Shown here one piece after another: positions 36,015-48,549 of a stretch of 64,000 nt of DNA (positions within the stretch are counted from its first letter, which is position 1; the number at the start of each line of letters is the position of its first letter). The notes under the pieces are model-generated. The model had not been told where the DNA came from, did no database searches, and saw only the letters and a program-made list of their open reading frames with translations. Source of the stretch: Macrostomum lignano (lineage: Eukaryota); NCBI GenBank assembly GCA_002269645.1, contig NIVC01000654.1, forward strand, positions 251,009-315,008. Direction: 5' to 3'. Made by a program: the position numbers and the translations under genes.

Positions 36015-37074
36015 ACCGATGGCGGAGCCGACCTGACTAACTAAATTGAACTTCAAACTATGAACGCTCCGTTGAGTTTATAACGAAATAAACATTTCCT
36101 TTTTGCTGATATAAACTTGTGTGTATATATACTAATCAATCATAAACCCTGTCCTATCCCAATTTTTTGATTTCATGTCTTAAACAAAGACTAAAGAAAC
36201 TATACCTTTTTTCCAATTCCTATCCATTGCAGCAGCTTTAATCGCATTATTAATTAACTCTTTGTCGCTCTGTCTCCTACATGTATATCGTAAACTTTCA
36301 CCTGTAGTTAATTTTTGTAGATTATTCTTCTGAACTACTTACAAAACAGCAGTTGAGTAGTATAATAGCGAATAGCTCGTTAAAAGAAATGCTCTTCCTA
36401 CTTGATTAGTCTATGGTAATTATTATAAGCGTAGGCTTGTTGTAGGGGCAGCTAATTGCGTTTTTCGATTTGTAAATGTTTTTTAAATCGAATTTTCATA
36501 AAAATTACCCTTTCCACTTGTTATAATCTTTGTTCTCGCGATATCAATTTTATATAAATAATAAATAGTAAAATAAAATGCGTCTTTGTGTTCTTAAGAA
36601 AAACCACGTTTTTATTGTGTTGTTTTGCTTTTTATGTACCATCATGCTGTATTCACAATTGCTTTATTTTAGTAGTTAATTTTTGGCGCTTTTGTTCGTT
36701 TCCGGTCTACTATATTTAATGCTGTTTTGTCAATTAAAGTTGGGACAATACAAGAAACACGAGGATTGTCCGATTAAATTAATTAAACAAGACAGGGTTT
36801 GGGCCATAGACAACAAAAAATTCGACATTTAAGCATGTCTATGGCCCAACCACAGATACTATAATAACTTAACTAGAGTTGTCAATATGTCAATTAGAGA
36901 AAAAGTGGAGCATCTACTCTTTTTAGTAGGTTGTCTGCGCAGTGTGACAGTTAAAATTTTCTTTCCTTCCTCGGGGATTTGCGATCCCATAGTTTAACGT
37001 TAAGTGTGAACAGCAAGCATTTAACTCAATGTACACAAGTAAACGCAATATGGTAATGGACGAACTCAGCCTAG

Positions 37075-37470
37075 AGGGCAGGCCCAGTCTAGCTCAGCCA
37101 ATGAGAGAGCAGCAAGGAGAGAAGTGAAAGTCAGGCGGACGAAAGTTGGTCTAAGACTAAATGCAGGCCCAGTCTAGCTCAGCCAATGAGAGAGCAGTAA
37201 GGAGAGAAGTGAAAGTCAGGCGGACGAAAGTTGGTCTAAGACTAAATGCAGGCCCAGTCTAGCTCAGCCAATGAGAGAGCAGCAAGGAGAGAAGTGAAAG
37301 TCAGGCGGACGAAAGTTGGTCTAAGACTAAATGCAGGCCCAATCTAGCTCAGCCAATGAGAGAGCAGTAAGGAGAGACGTCGGAGTCAGAGGACAAAGCT
37401 CCGCCTAGGGGGCAGGCCCAATCTAGCTCAGCCAATGAGAGTGCAGTAAGGAGAGAGGCCAAAGTCAGAC
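37075..37470. repeat. 85-bp tandem repeat (~5 copies), each with AGCCAATGAG
   Basis: Units start at 37078, 37163, 37248, 37333 and 37412. Confidence 0.93.
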
Positions 37471-38139
37471 GCATGCGGGCAACAGGGAAAGCCAAAGTGT
37501 TGATCGGCAGGGCCAAGGCGCCACCCCTAAAATAAAATTTTAACTTTAAAAACAGTCAAATTTCTCTAGCTTAACAACTACTACTAACTCTGCAGTAGAC
37601 TATCTAGCGTATCAATATTATAAGACGCTCAGATGTTTGACAAATTCGACAATTCGTTATTTAATGAAGGTGTCTAATAGAGAGGTGTTTTTAATTTTCT
37701 ACTTTCTTACAAATCCCCCTCTCGTTTGTGGCTTTACATGCGTTCATTTTTAAGCTTACTGCTCTTATTTAGTTTGTATTATAAACTTATAAATAATAAT
37801 CTACCTTACTTCCTTCATCAGTTTGCTAATCTGCACTATTAAATGCTAGAATCTTTATTAAAAACACTTTTTTGTTGAAAAATGGCAGGGTACGTAATAG
37901 CTCTGTACTATAGGTTAGCTAAGTCTGTTAAATTTTCCACTGTCATGCCCGCTTACACAGTTTCTTTTAGCTGCTGCTTTATTGTGTGTCCTAATCGCTG
38001 TTTTCATTTGCTCGGCAATAATTATATAGTTGTCATAATTGTCAAAAGTGTAACTGATAACTGCTGTCTCTTAACTGTTTTTTTATTATTCCATTGCATG
38101 CAGCCCTTCTGCAAGCCTGGAAGCCAACAGACAACGAAA

Positions 38140-38895
38140 ATTGCTGGGCCAGCCTCTCAGATCCCCAGTTGCTGGGCCAGCCTCTCAGATCCTCAGTTGC
38201 TGAGCCAGCCTCCCAGATCCTCAGTTGCTGGGCCAGCCTCTCAGATTCTCAGTTGCTGGGCCAGCCTCCCAGATCCTCAGTTTCTGGGCCAGCCTCCCAG
38301 AGCCTCATTTGCCTGGCCAGCCTCCCAGATCCTCAGTTGCTGGGCCAGCCTCCCAGATCCTCAGTTGCTTGGCCAGCCTCCCACATCCTCAGTTGCTGGG
38401 CCAGCCTCCCACATCCTCGGTTGCTGGGCCAGCCTTATAGATCCTCAGTTGCTGGGCCAGCCTCCCAGAGTGTCAGTTGCTCGGCCAGCCTCCCAGATCC
38501 TCAGTTGCTGGGCCAGCCTCACAGATGCTCAGTTGCTGGGCCAGCCTCCCATATCCTCAGTTGCTGGGCCAGCCTCCCACATCCTCAGTTGCTGGGCCAG
38601 CCTCACAGATGCTCGGTTGCTGGGCCAACTTTCCAGATCCTCAGTTGCTGGGCCAGCCTCCCAGATCCTCAGTTGCTGGGCCAGCCTCCCAGATCCTCAG
38701 TTGCTGGGCCAACCTCCCAGATCCTCAGTTGCTGGGCCAGCCTCACAGATGCTCAGTTGCTGGGCCAGCCTCTCACATCCTCGGTTGCTGGGCCAGCCTC
38801 CCAGACCCTCAGTTGCTGGGCCAGCCTCACAGATGCTCAGTTGCTGGGCCAGCCTCCCACATCCTCGGTTGCTGGGCCAGCCTCCCAGAGCTGCT
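38140..38895 (+). repeat. 28-bp GCTGGGCCAGCCTCCCAG family array just upstream of the FBXW5 ATG
   Basis: Direct inspection. Confidence 0.95.
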
Positions 38896-38991
38896 GAGTC
38901 CTCACTCGGAGTCGTCACATTTCAATTTATGCCTCACTCTGTACTTGTATTGGCGCCGCCCAAATTAAAAGCCAACTGAGAACAAGCGCAG

Positions 38992-41900
38992 ATGGCTCAG
39001 CCCTGCTCTCCCCAGCACAGTCTATGGTGCAACCTGCCCCAGCTAGCATTATATCGCGTGCTGGAGTCGCTTGACTCCCTGGCCGACATTGAGGCCGTGT
39101 CGTTGGCCTGTCGCAATTGGCATTTCCTAGTCAACCGCGAAGCCTTCTGGTCAGGCTATTTGGCCAGGTCGCATCCCAATTATCGGCGCTCCGATCCGCT
39201 GCCGCCGGTGGCGCCAACGCGGCACCAATTGGCGCGATTGATTGAGGATTCTAAGCCGGATGAGCTGGAGTGCCAGTGCGGCCAGCACAGCGATGAGGTT
39301 GGCGTTTTTTCAGTTTGTTTTTGGTCTTAACTAGTCACTCTGCTATTGGGGGATAGGCATCCTAGATAGATAAAGTTTTGTGGTATGATCATCCTAATGA
39401 GTCATGAGTCTGTTGAAACAATTCATGGAACTATTTGAATTAGATTTGGCCCTCGAAGTTGGTCATGAATCATGATTGATCAAATGACATGAAAAGCCAT
39501 GACTAACCAATTGGATCATGCAGCTGTCTTTTAATGAGGCATGTGATCGTCAAATGACTAATTTGGTTATTAATTGAGTCATATGGTCATCGAAATGAGT
39601 AATGTAGCCATAAAACTGAGTACTTTATTCATACAAATGAGTATTGTCGTCATAGAAATGAGTCGTCTGGCTTCATCTGGCTAAGAAATGAATCATGATG
39701 CCATAGAAACGAATCATGTTGCCATAGAAACGAATTATGTTGCCATAAAAATATGCCATATTGCCTTAGAAATGAGTCATGCAGCTATAGAAATGAGTCA
39801 TGTAGCCATGGAAATGAGTCATGTAGCCATGGAAAGGAGTAATGTAGCCATAGAAATGAGTCATGTAGCCATATAAATGAGTCATGTAGCCATAGAAATG
39901 AGTCATGTAGCCATATAAATGAGTCATGTAGCCATAGAAATGAGTCATGTAGCCATATAAATGAGTCATGTAGCCATGGAAATGAGTCATGTAGCCATGG
40001 AAATGAGTCATGTAGCCATGGAAATGAGTCATGTAGCCATAGAAATGAGTCATGTAGCCATGGAAATGAGTAATGTAGCCATAGAAATGAGTCATGTAGC
40101 AATGGAAATGAGTCATGTAGCCATAGAAATAAGTCATGTAGCCATAGAAATGAGTCATGTAGCCATGGAAATGAGTCATCTAGCCATAGAAATGAGTCAT
40201 GTAGCCATATAAATGAGTCATGCAGCCATAGAAATGAGTCATGTAGCCATGGAAAGGAGTCATGTAGCCATAGAAATGAGTCATGTAGCCATATAAATGA
40301 GTCATGTAGCCATATAAATGAGTCATGTAGCCATATAAATGAGTCATGTAGCCATATAAATGAGTCATGTAGCCATATAAATGAGTCATGTAGCCATAGA
40401 AATGAGTCATGTAGCCATATAAATGAGTCATGTAGCCATATAAATGAGTCATGTAGCCATATAAATGAGTCATGTAGCCATATAAATGAGTCATGTAGCC
40501 ATGGAAATGAGTCATGTAGCCATGGAAATGAGTCATGTAGCCATGGAAATGAGTCATGTAGCCATGGAAATGAGTCATGTAGCCATAGAAATAAGTCATG
40601 TAGCCATAGAAATGAGTCATCTTGCCAAAGAAGTGAGTCATGTAGCCATAGAAATAAGTCATCTTGCGAAAGAAATGAGTCATGCAGCCATAGAAATGAG
40701 TCATGTAGCCATAGAAATCTGGCCACAGAAATGAGTCATGTGGCTATAGAAATGAATAATAATGTCCATAGTTCGTATAACTGATTCGTGCCTTAATCAC
40801 CTTGGTATGAATCATTACCAAACGAATATAGTAAAAAATAATGTGATTGTGATATCATTATCGTTTCCCATTTGATCTCTCCTTGACATAAACCAGGTGC
40901 TGCACGTGGCGGCGCCGGACACTCCCGATGGCCGATATTTCGCCACCGCTTCAAAGGACGGCACGGTGAAGCTGTGGCTGGTGTGCAATCCTGGCCAGTG
41001 CTATCGCACGCTGCACTTTAACAAAGCCGCTTTAATTGCCTCGCTGCCAGCAGATGTCGCAGTTGAAACGCATCGCCTGGAACTGGTGTCGCAGTTTGAT
41101 TGGCTCTACTGCCAGTACGTGGAGTTTCAACCGTTTGCAGCCGAGTCTGGCGATGTTATTCTTATTAGCGGAGCTAAGCGAGAGGCTGAGCAAGGCGAAA
41201 TTGCCATCTACAATATTGGTGCGTTTGCAGAGAATTTGTTTTATTGTTGCTATGGTGATAGTTCGCTCATTTTAGGCGTTGCTATGCGTGTTTGTTCGGT
41301 TAGCAACCGTTGCTAGGCTATTTTTATTCAGGTGGCAACGGTTGCTATGTTTTTCTATTCGGCTGGCAACCGTTGCTATGGTTTTTTATTCGGGTCGGCT
41401 GGCAACCGTTGCTATGGTTTTTTATTCGGGTCGGCTGGCAACCGTTGCTATGGTTTTTTATTCGGCTGGCAACCGTTGCTATGGTTTTTTATTCGGGTCG
41501 GCTGGCAACCGTTGCTAGGGTATTTTTCGCCTGGCAACCGTTGCTAGGGTATTTTTCGCCTGGCAACAGTTCTAGGGTATTTATTCGGTGCTATGCTACT
41601 GTTTGATTGGTTTTAAGTAGCTATAATATTGCCGATTGGATACCAACAGTTTAAACTCTATTTAATTGAACCCTGCAGAGATGGACCAGTTTCTCTCCAG
41701 AGCAGAGCTGCAACCCTACGACGTGTTCGGCTGCTTCTTAGACTCTTATCACTATCTGTCTGGCACGTTCGAACTGAACCATTTCGATAATACTAGCGTG
41801 ACCAGGGTGCTTATTCACAGGGTGAGCTCATTTTGAAGGGTACCTATCCAACTTTTTATGGGGTGAGATTTTGAAGACTGTTAAACATGTAGGGTGGGGA

Positions 41901-44900
41901 TTTTGAAAGTTGGTAAAAAGAGTGATATTTTGAAGACTATTAAACCTGTAGAGGTGAGATTTTAAAGACTATTAAACTTGTAGAGGTGAGATTTTAAAGA
42001 CTATTAAACCTGTAGAGGTGAGATTTTAAAGACTATTAAACTCGTAGAGGTGAGATTTTGAAGACTATTAAACTCGTAGAGGTGAGATTTTGAAGACTAT
42101 TAAACCTGTAGAGGTGAGATTTTGAAGACTATTAAACCTGTAGGGGTGAGATTTTGAAGACTATTAAACTTGTAGAGGTGAGATTTTTAAGACTATTAAA
42201 CCTGTAGAGGTGAGATTTTGAAGACTATTAAACCTGTAGGGGTGAGATTTTGAAGACTATTAAACTTGTAGAGGTGAGATTTTGAAAACTATTAAACCTG
42301 TAGGGGTGAGATTTTGAAGACTATTAAACTTGTAGAGGTGAGATTTTGAAGACTATTAAACTTATAGGGGTGAGATTTTGAAGACTATTAAACCTATAGG
42401 GGTAAGATTTTGAAGACTATTAAACATATATATATGGTGTGAGATTTTGAAGACTGTTAAGCTTGTAGGGTGGAGATTTTGAAGATTGAATAGGCCTGTA
42501 CGGTGATATTTTTCTTTCTGTTGTTGAAATCGGCAAGGCTTGAGACCAAGTCTCACAACTTAAACGCAACAACTGCAGATCGGCCTTCTAACCAGCAATG
42601 AGCGCCTGCTGTTGGAGCTGAGAAACACGCCGGAGTCGGCCAGCCTGCAGGCCTATGTCGGACATCCGGCGGCCATTGTTCGACGCCTGATGGTTGCTCA
42701 AGGCGGCAGGATGTGCCTCGGCGCTAAGGGTCGGTGTCGGTTCAACAATAATGTCGATAGTGATGATAATAGCAGCAATCGACATTGCGGCAGGTTTCAA
42801 ACACGAGCCAGCCGGTTGCAGTACGAGTTCGAGTCTAATAGGCTGAGTGAGTGCTGGAGAAGCCGATTTGCCATTAAGAATTGCCCCTGAGAATCGTCCT
42901 TCTAAAAAAAATCGCCATTAAAAATCGCCATCAAGAATCGCCATTAAAAATCGCCATTAAAAATCGCCATTAAAAATCGCCATTAAAAATCGCCAATAAA
43001 AATCGCCATTAAAAGTCGGCATTAAAAATCGCCATTAAAAATCGTCATTAAAAATCGCCATTAAAAATCGCCAATGAAAATCGGCATTAAAAATCGCCAA
43101 TAAAAATTACCAATAAAAAATCGCCATTAAGAATCGCCATTAAAAATCGGCATTAAAAATCGCCATTAAAAATCGCCATTAAGAATCGCCATTAAAAATC
43201 GCCATTAAGAATCGCCATTAAAAATCGCCATTAAGAATCGCCATTAAGAATCGCCATTAAAAATCGCCATTAAGAATCGCCATTAAAAATCGCCATTAAA
43301 AATCGCCATTAAAAATCGCCATTAAAAATCGTCATTAAAAATCGCCATTAAAAATCGTCATTAAGAATCGTCATTAAAAATCGTCATTAAAAATCGTCAT
43401 TAAAAATCGCCATTAAAAATCGCCTTTTAAAATCGTCATTAAGAATCGCCATTAAAAATCGTCATTAAGAATCGTCATTAAAAATCGTCATTAAAAATCG
43501 TCATTAAAAATCGCCATTAAAAATCGCCATTAAAAATCGTCATTAAGAATCGCCATTAAAAATCGGCACTAAGTCGCCCATCCCAGCGCCAACCCTTCCG
43601 ATCCCACCCACTCAAACAACCCAGCCAAGGCAAGCGACGTCGCCGAAAGCGTCTCCCCCTCGGTCCGCCGCGACCCCGCCGAATGCCGCTGCCGCGAGAA
43701 GCTCCTGCTGGTTAACCGCGGCCGCAACAACTTCCTGTCTGAGTGCGTCTGCGTGCGCCGCCTGCGGCACTGCCGGCCGCCTTGGATTGGCGCCTACGAG
43801 AGGCACCTGGATGGTTTTCACGGTCCGGATAGCGACGCAGGTGAGCCGCTGTTGGAGTACTTTCAAAGTTTTAAGCTTTCATAATCCACTCTTGCATGCA
43901 TTGAAGCACTTGGGAATTGCTGGCTGGCTTCCGTCTCACTCAGAATCGCCTCTTCCTGTCTCTAAGAGTCGCTCTTTTATAACTCTGAGAATTGAACTAT
44001 TGTGACCCTGAGAATTGCCCTTTCCTGTCTCTGAGAATCGCCCTTTTACATCCTTGAGAATCGCCCTTTTATGACCTTGAGAATCGCCTTCTCTTGTCCC
44101 TGAGAATCGCCCGCCCTTTTATGACCTTGAGAATCGCCTTCTCTTGTCCCTGAGAATCGCCCGCCCTTTTATGACCTTGAGAATCGCCTTCTCTTGTCCC
44201 TGAGAATCGCCCGCCCTTTTATGACCTTGAGAATCGCCCTTTTATGACCTTGAGAATCGCCTTCTCTTATCCCTGAGAATCGCCTTCTCTTGTCCCTGAG
44301 AATCGCCCGCCCTTTTATGACCTTGAGAATCGCCTTCTCTTATCCCTGAGAATCGCCTTCTCTTGTCCCTGAGAATCGCCCGCCCTTTTATGACCTTGAG
44401 AATCGCCTTCTCTTGTCCCTGAGAATCGCCTTCTCTTGTCCCTGAGAATCGCCCGCCCTTTTATGACCTTGAGAATCGCCCTTTTATGACCTTGAGAATC
44501 GCCTTCTCTTGTCCCTGAGAATCGCCCGCCCTTTTATGACCTTGAGAATCGCCTTCTCTTGTCCCTGAGAATCGCCCGCCCTTTTATGACCTTGAAAGTC
44601 GCCTTCTCTTGTCCCTGAGAATCGCCCGCCCTATTATGACCTTGAGAATCGCCTTCTCTTGTCCCTGAGAATCGCCCGCCCTTTTATGACCTTGAGAATC
44701 GCCCTTTTATGACCTTGAGAATCGCCTTCTCTTATCCCTGAGAATCGCCTTCTCTTGTCCCTGAGAATCGCCCGCCCTTTTATGACCTTGAGAATCGCCT
44801 TCTCTTGTCCCTGAGAATCGCCTTCTCTTGTCCCTGAGAATCGCCCGCCCTTTTATGACCTTGAGAATCGCCCTTTTATGACCTTGAGAATCGCCTTCTC

Positions 44901-47150
44901 TTATCCCTGAGAATCGCCCGCCCTTTTATGACCTTGAGAATCGCCTTCTCTTGTCCCTGAGAATCGCCTTCTCTTGTCCCTGAGAATCGCCCGCCCTTTT
45001 ATGACCTTGAGAATCGCCTTCTCTTGTCCCTGAGAATCGCCTTCTCTTGTCCCTGAGAATCGCCCGCCCTTTTATGACCTTGAGAATCGCCTTCTCTTGT
45101 CCCTGAGAATCGCCTTCTCTTGTCCCTGAGAATCGCCCGCCCTTTTATGACCTTGAGAATCGCCTTCTCTTGTCCCTGAGAATCGCCTTCTCTTGTCCCT
45201 GAGAATCGCCCGCCCTTTTATGACCTTGAGAATCGCCCTTTTATGACCTTGAGAATCGCCTTCTCTTATCCCTGAGAATCGCCCGCCCTTTTATAACCTT
45301 GAAAATCGCCTTCTCTTGTCCCTGAGAATCGCCCGCCCTTTTATGACCTTGAAAGTCGCCTTCTCTTGTCCCTGAGAATCGCCCGCCCTATTATGACCTT
45401 GGAAGTCGCCTTCTCTTGTCCCTGAGAATCGCCCACCCTTTTATGACCTTGAGAATCGCCCTTTTATGACCTTGAGAATCGCCCTTTTATGACCTTGAAA
45501 ATCGCCTTCTTTTGTCCCTGAGAATCGCCTTTTTATGACCTTGAGAATCGCCCTTTCCTGTACGTGAGAATCTCCCTTTTATGACCTTGAGAATCGCCCT
45601 TTCCTGTCTCTGAGAATCGCCCTTTTATGACCTTGAGAATCGCCCTTTTATGACCTTGAGAATCGCCCTTTTATGACCTTGAGAATCGCCCTTTTATGAC
45701 CTTGAGAATCGCCCTTTTATGACCTTGAGAATCGCCCTTTTATGACCTTGAGAATCGCCCTTTCCTGTACTTGAGAATCTCCCTTTTATGAACTTGAAAA
45801 TCGCCCCTGGTGACTTAAGAGAATGGCTTTCCATGGAAAAAGTCCACAATGATCTGTCAATGTTTCGGCCTCCATCCCCGCAGGTTTCGATCCCGACGCC
45901 GACCCGTGCCGCTGGGCCAGCCGCAGCATCTATTCCTTGTCTGAGCAGTCTTCAACGCGCCGTGTCGCTGGCGTCGGCGACAACCCGAATATTGACGCCG
46001 ACGAATGGGAAGTGTCCGTCGGCGGTCACGTGATCGGCATGAGCCTCAGCCAGGATCATCGCTTCCTATTCGTCAACGTGCGGCCTTGGCGACATCCGCA
46101 AGCTGCCGCCGCAGCTGCAGCCGTCGGCGACGCCGCCGACTGGGACTTGGCCTTCGCTGCTGCACCGGCCGCCATCGGCGCCTTGGAGTTGAGCGAATCG
46201 GCTGAGATTCACGTGCTCGACCTGCTGGCTTGCCGGTACTTTGGCTGCGTTTACACCGGGCACAAGGGCTTCACGCCCAGCCAACAGTGCTTCTTTCTGT
46301 TTATGGATGTCGGCTCGCAACTGGTGTGCAGCGGCAGCGAGGACTGCCAGGTATTTGTTGGCTGGTTGGTGGCCTTTAGGGTCTGTTCAGCTTCATTTAG
46401 AGTTGATCTCAGGAAATTTATAATCACTTCAAGACCTCATGACATTCAAGGTCATTCAGACTTTGCGACCTCCAGGACATTTAAGGTCGTTTAGATTTTG
46501 GGACCTAGGGACATTAAAGGTCATTTAGATTTCTGGAGCCAGGACAGTTAAGGTCATTTAGATATTTAGAACCAGGAAATTTAAGGTCTTTTTTATTTCG
46601 GAACATCAGGACATTTAAGGTCATCTAGCTTTTGTGTCCTTACGTTTTGTTCCGTTTTGTAACATATTTGAGTTTACATTTATAACCTAGAATCGGTGAG
46701 GTCGGTGACCTTGGTGACCTCCAAGCCTTATTTTTCCAATTGTATTCGTATGACAACTATTTCCATTTCACTATCCGTCAATTTTTTCTATTTTTTATAG
46801 AAAGCGCACTACTAGTAGTAGTCAAAAAGTAAAAAAACACCGGCACTCGCACTGCATTGCAGGCATATGTCTGGGACAGAATATACGGCACCAAATTGTG
46901 CACTCTGCGTCACGATTCCGTAGTCAACGCATGCGCCCTGTCAGCCTGCGGTTTGCTCGCCACCGCATCAGACGATTGTACAGTGAAGTTCTGGTCCAGC
47001 CGCAGGTACAGATTGTTGCAGCAGCAGAAACGGCTCAAGCAGCAGAAGCAGCAAGAGCAACAATTGGCAAAGCAACAACAGCCAATGATGACTAGGCGAA
47101 TGGCGGCTAAGCAGACTGCTGATAGTATGAGAATGGAGACAGGCCAGTAG
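38992..47150 (+). CDS. FBXW5: F-box/WD40 protein FBXW5 ortholog, ~686 aa. Exons: 38992-39297, 40897-41218, 41679-41821, 42579-42846, 43574-43840, 45884-46350, 46863-47150
   Basis: F-box (WCNLPQLALYRVLESL..VSLACRNWHFLVNREAFW) followed by FBXW5-type motifs: HSDE|VLHV..FATASKDGTVKLW, QPYDVFGCFL, GHVIGMSLSQDHRFLFVNVRPW, HKGFTPSQQCFFLFMDV..VCSGSED, YVWDRIYGTKLCTLRHDSVVNACA..ATASDDCTVKFW. Junctions are GT-AG and the total of 2061 nt is in frame. Confidence 0.92.
39590..40755. repeat. 21-bp minisatellite GAAATGAGTCATGTAGCCATA, FBXW5 intron 1
   Basis: Direct inspection. Confidence 0.96.
41290..41580. repeat. 31-36-bp repeat GGCAACCGTTGCTATGGTTTTTTATTCGG, FBXW5 intron 2
   Basis: Direct inspection. 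Confidence 0.88.
41865..42485. repeat. 32-bp minisatellite GTAGAGGTGAGATTTTGAAGACTATTAAACCT, FBXW5 intron 3
   Basis: Direct inspection. Confidence 0.95.
42905..43570. repeat. 13-bp minisatellite AAAAATCGCCATT, FBXW5 intron 4
   Basis: Direct inspection. Confidence 0.96.
44005..45810. repeat. Composite 23/27-bp minisatellite built on GAGAATCGCC, FBXW5 intron 5
   Basis: Alternating units GAGAATCGCCTTCTCTTGTCCCT and GAGAATCGCC(CGCC)CTTTTATGACCTT. Confidence 0.96.
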
Positions 47151-47317
47151 CTTACTAATTATAGAAGAGTACATTATGTACTTGCTATTTAGCGTTTACA
47201 GGTTTCTCTACTTTAATAACGTATATCATTTTGTAATCTGTAATCATTTTGTTGCTATCTTAATACATGTAATAGATTATTGAGCTATAGCCCCATTTAA
47301 GTGTTTATAATTAAGAA

Positions 47318-47668
47318 CCTGTAACCCACGTGTGAGATTGAATTGGGAACAGGTATCCCAGGTGTGAGATTTAGTTGGGAACCAGTAGCCCAGGTGTGAG
47401 ATTTAGTTAACCCAGGTGTGAGATTTAGCTGGAAAGCGGTAGCCCACGTGTGAGATTTAGTTGGAAACCGGTAGTCTAGGTGTGAGATTGAGTTGGGAAC
47501 CGGTAACCCAGGTGTGAGATTTAGTTGGAAACCAGTAGCTTAGGTGAGAGATTGAGTTGAAAGCCGGTAAGCCTGGGTGTGAGATTGAGTTGGGAACCGG
47601 TAACCCAGGTGTGAGATTGAGTTGGGAACCGGTAACCCAGGTGTGAGATTTAGTTGGGAACCGGTAAT
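47318..47668. repeat. 32-bp minisatellite AACCCAGGTGTGAGATTGAGTTGGGAACCGGT, 3' of FBXW5
   Basis: Direct inspection. Confidence 0.9.
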
Positions 47669-48476
47669 CCATTTGCGAGTATTAACATAATTTTACCTAT
47701 AGAATCTTAGGGGACGGTAATGTCCTATTGAAAAGTGATTTGAATTTCACTGTTATCCTATTTATTTACACGTAGCAAACGTGGATTTTAGTTTTCTAGT
47801 GTACTTTTAAAAGTTTCTATTCCGGTTGTATATATATGGCAAGCTGTTTTTTTTCTAATAGTTCTTCATTTAATTTTTAAAGACGCCAATTCATGGCCAG
47901 TGTTGACAGTGTCACATCAATTGTTTTTCGATGCAATTTTGCCGATCATCAGTAATAAGTTAATAACTTGGCGAAGCTGCAGCTAGCAGCTATGCTAGTA
48001 TAATAAACCATCTGTTGCTAATCGTTTCATTAAATGAAAAATTGCAGCCGATTTTTTTATTGCGAGGCAGGCAACATTAAAATGCATTTTTGCTTATATT
48101 ACTGCAAGTAGAGTTGGTAACAAATGACTTCTTAATAAGTGGTTTTAAGCTAAAATTAGAAGCTGATTTCGGTTTGTTGTTTCTGTTTTACCAGAACAAA
48201 ACTTTCTGTTTTACCTATTTATCCATTAAATGCGGTGTGATATAGAATAGAATAGCCAGTTTAACTTTTAAACGTTTTTTGTGTCTAAGTTACGAATGAA
48301 TTTGGCTTGAAGGATTTTTTAACTCTATTTTTACCAGCAATTAACTTCACGAATATTTAATCGGCGTTCAATTCCTTCAAGCAAATTTGCGCAATAGGTT
48401 TAAGTTTAAGAATCCTGTAGTGTTTTAAATTTAGAAGAAAACTATAACACTAACAAACCAAGCCCCTTCGGACAGT

Positions 48477-48549
48477 GCCCGGTTAGCTCAGTCGGTAGAG
48501 CATGGGACTCTTAATCCCAGGGTCGTGGGTTCGAGCCCCACATTGGGCG
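48477..48549 (+). tRNA. trnK-CTT: tRNA-Lys (anticodon CTT)
   Basis: 73-nt GCCCGGTTAGCTCAGTCGGTAGAGCATGGGACTCTTAATCCCAGGGTCGTGGGTTCGAGCCCCACATTGGGCG folds into a cloverleaf with intact A and B boxes and a compensatory T7-A66 pair. A T6 Pol III terminator follows at ~48552. Confidence 0.96.
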
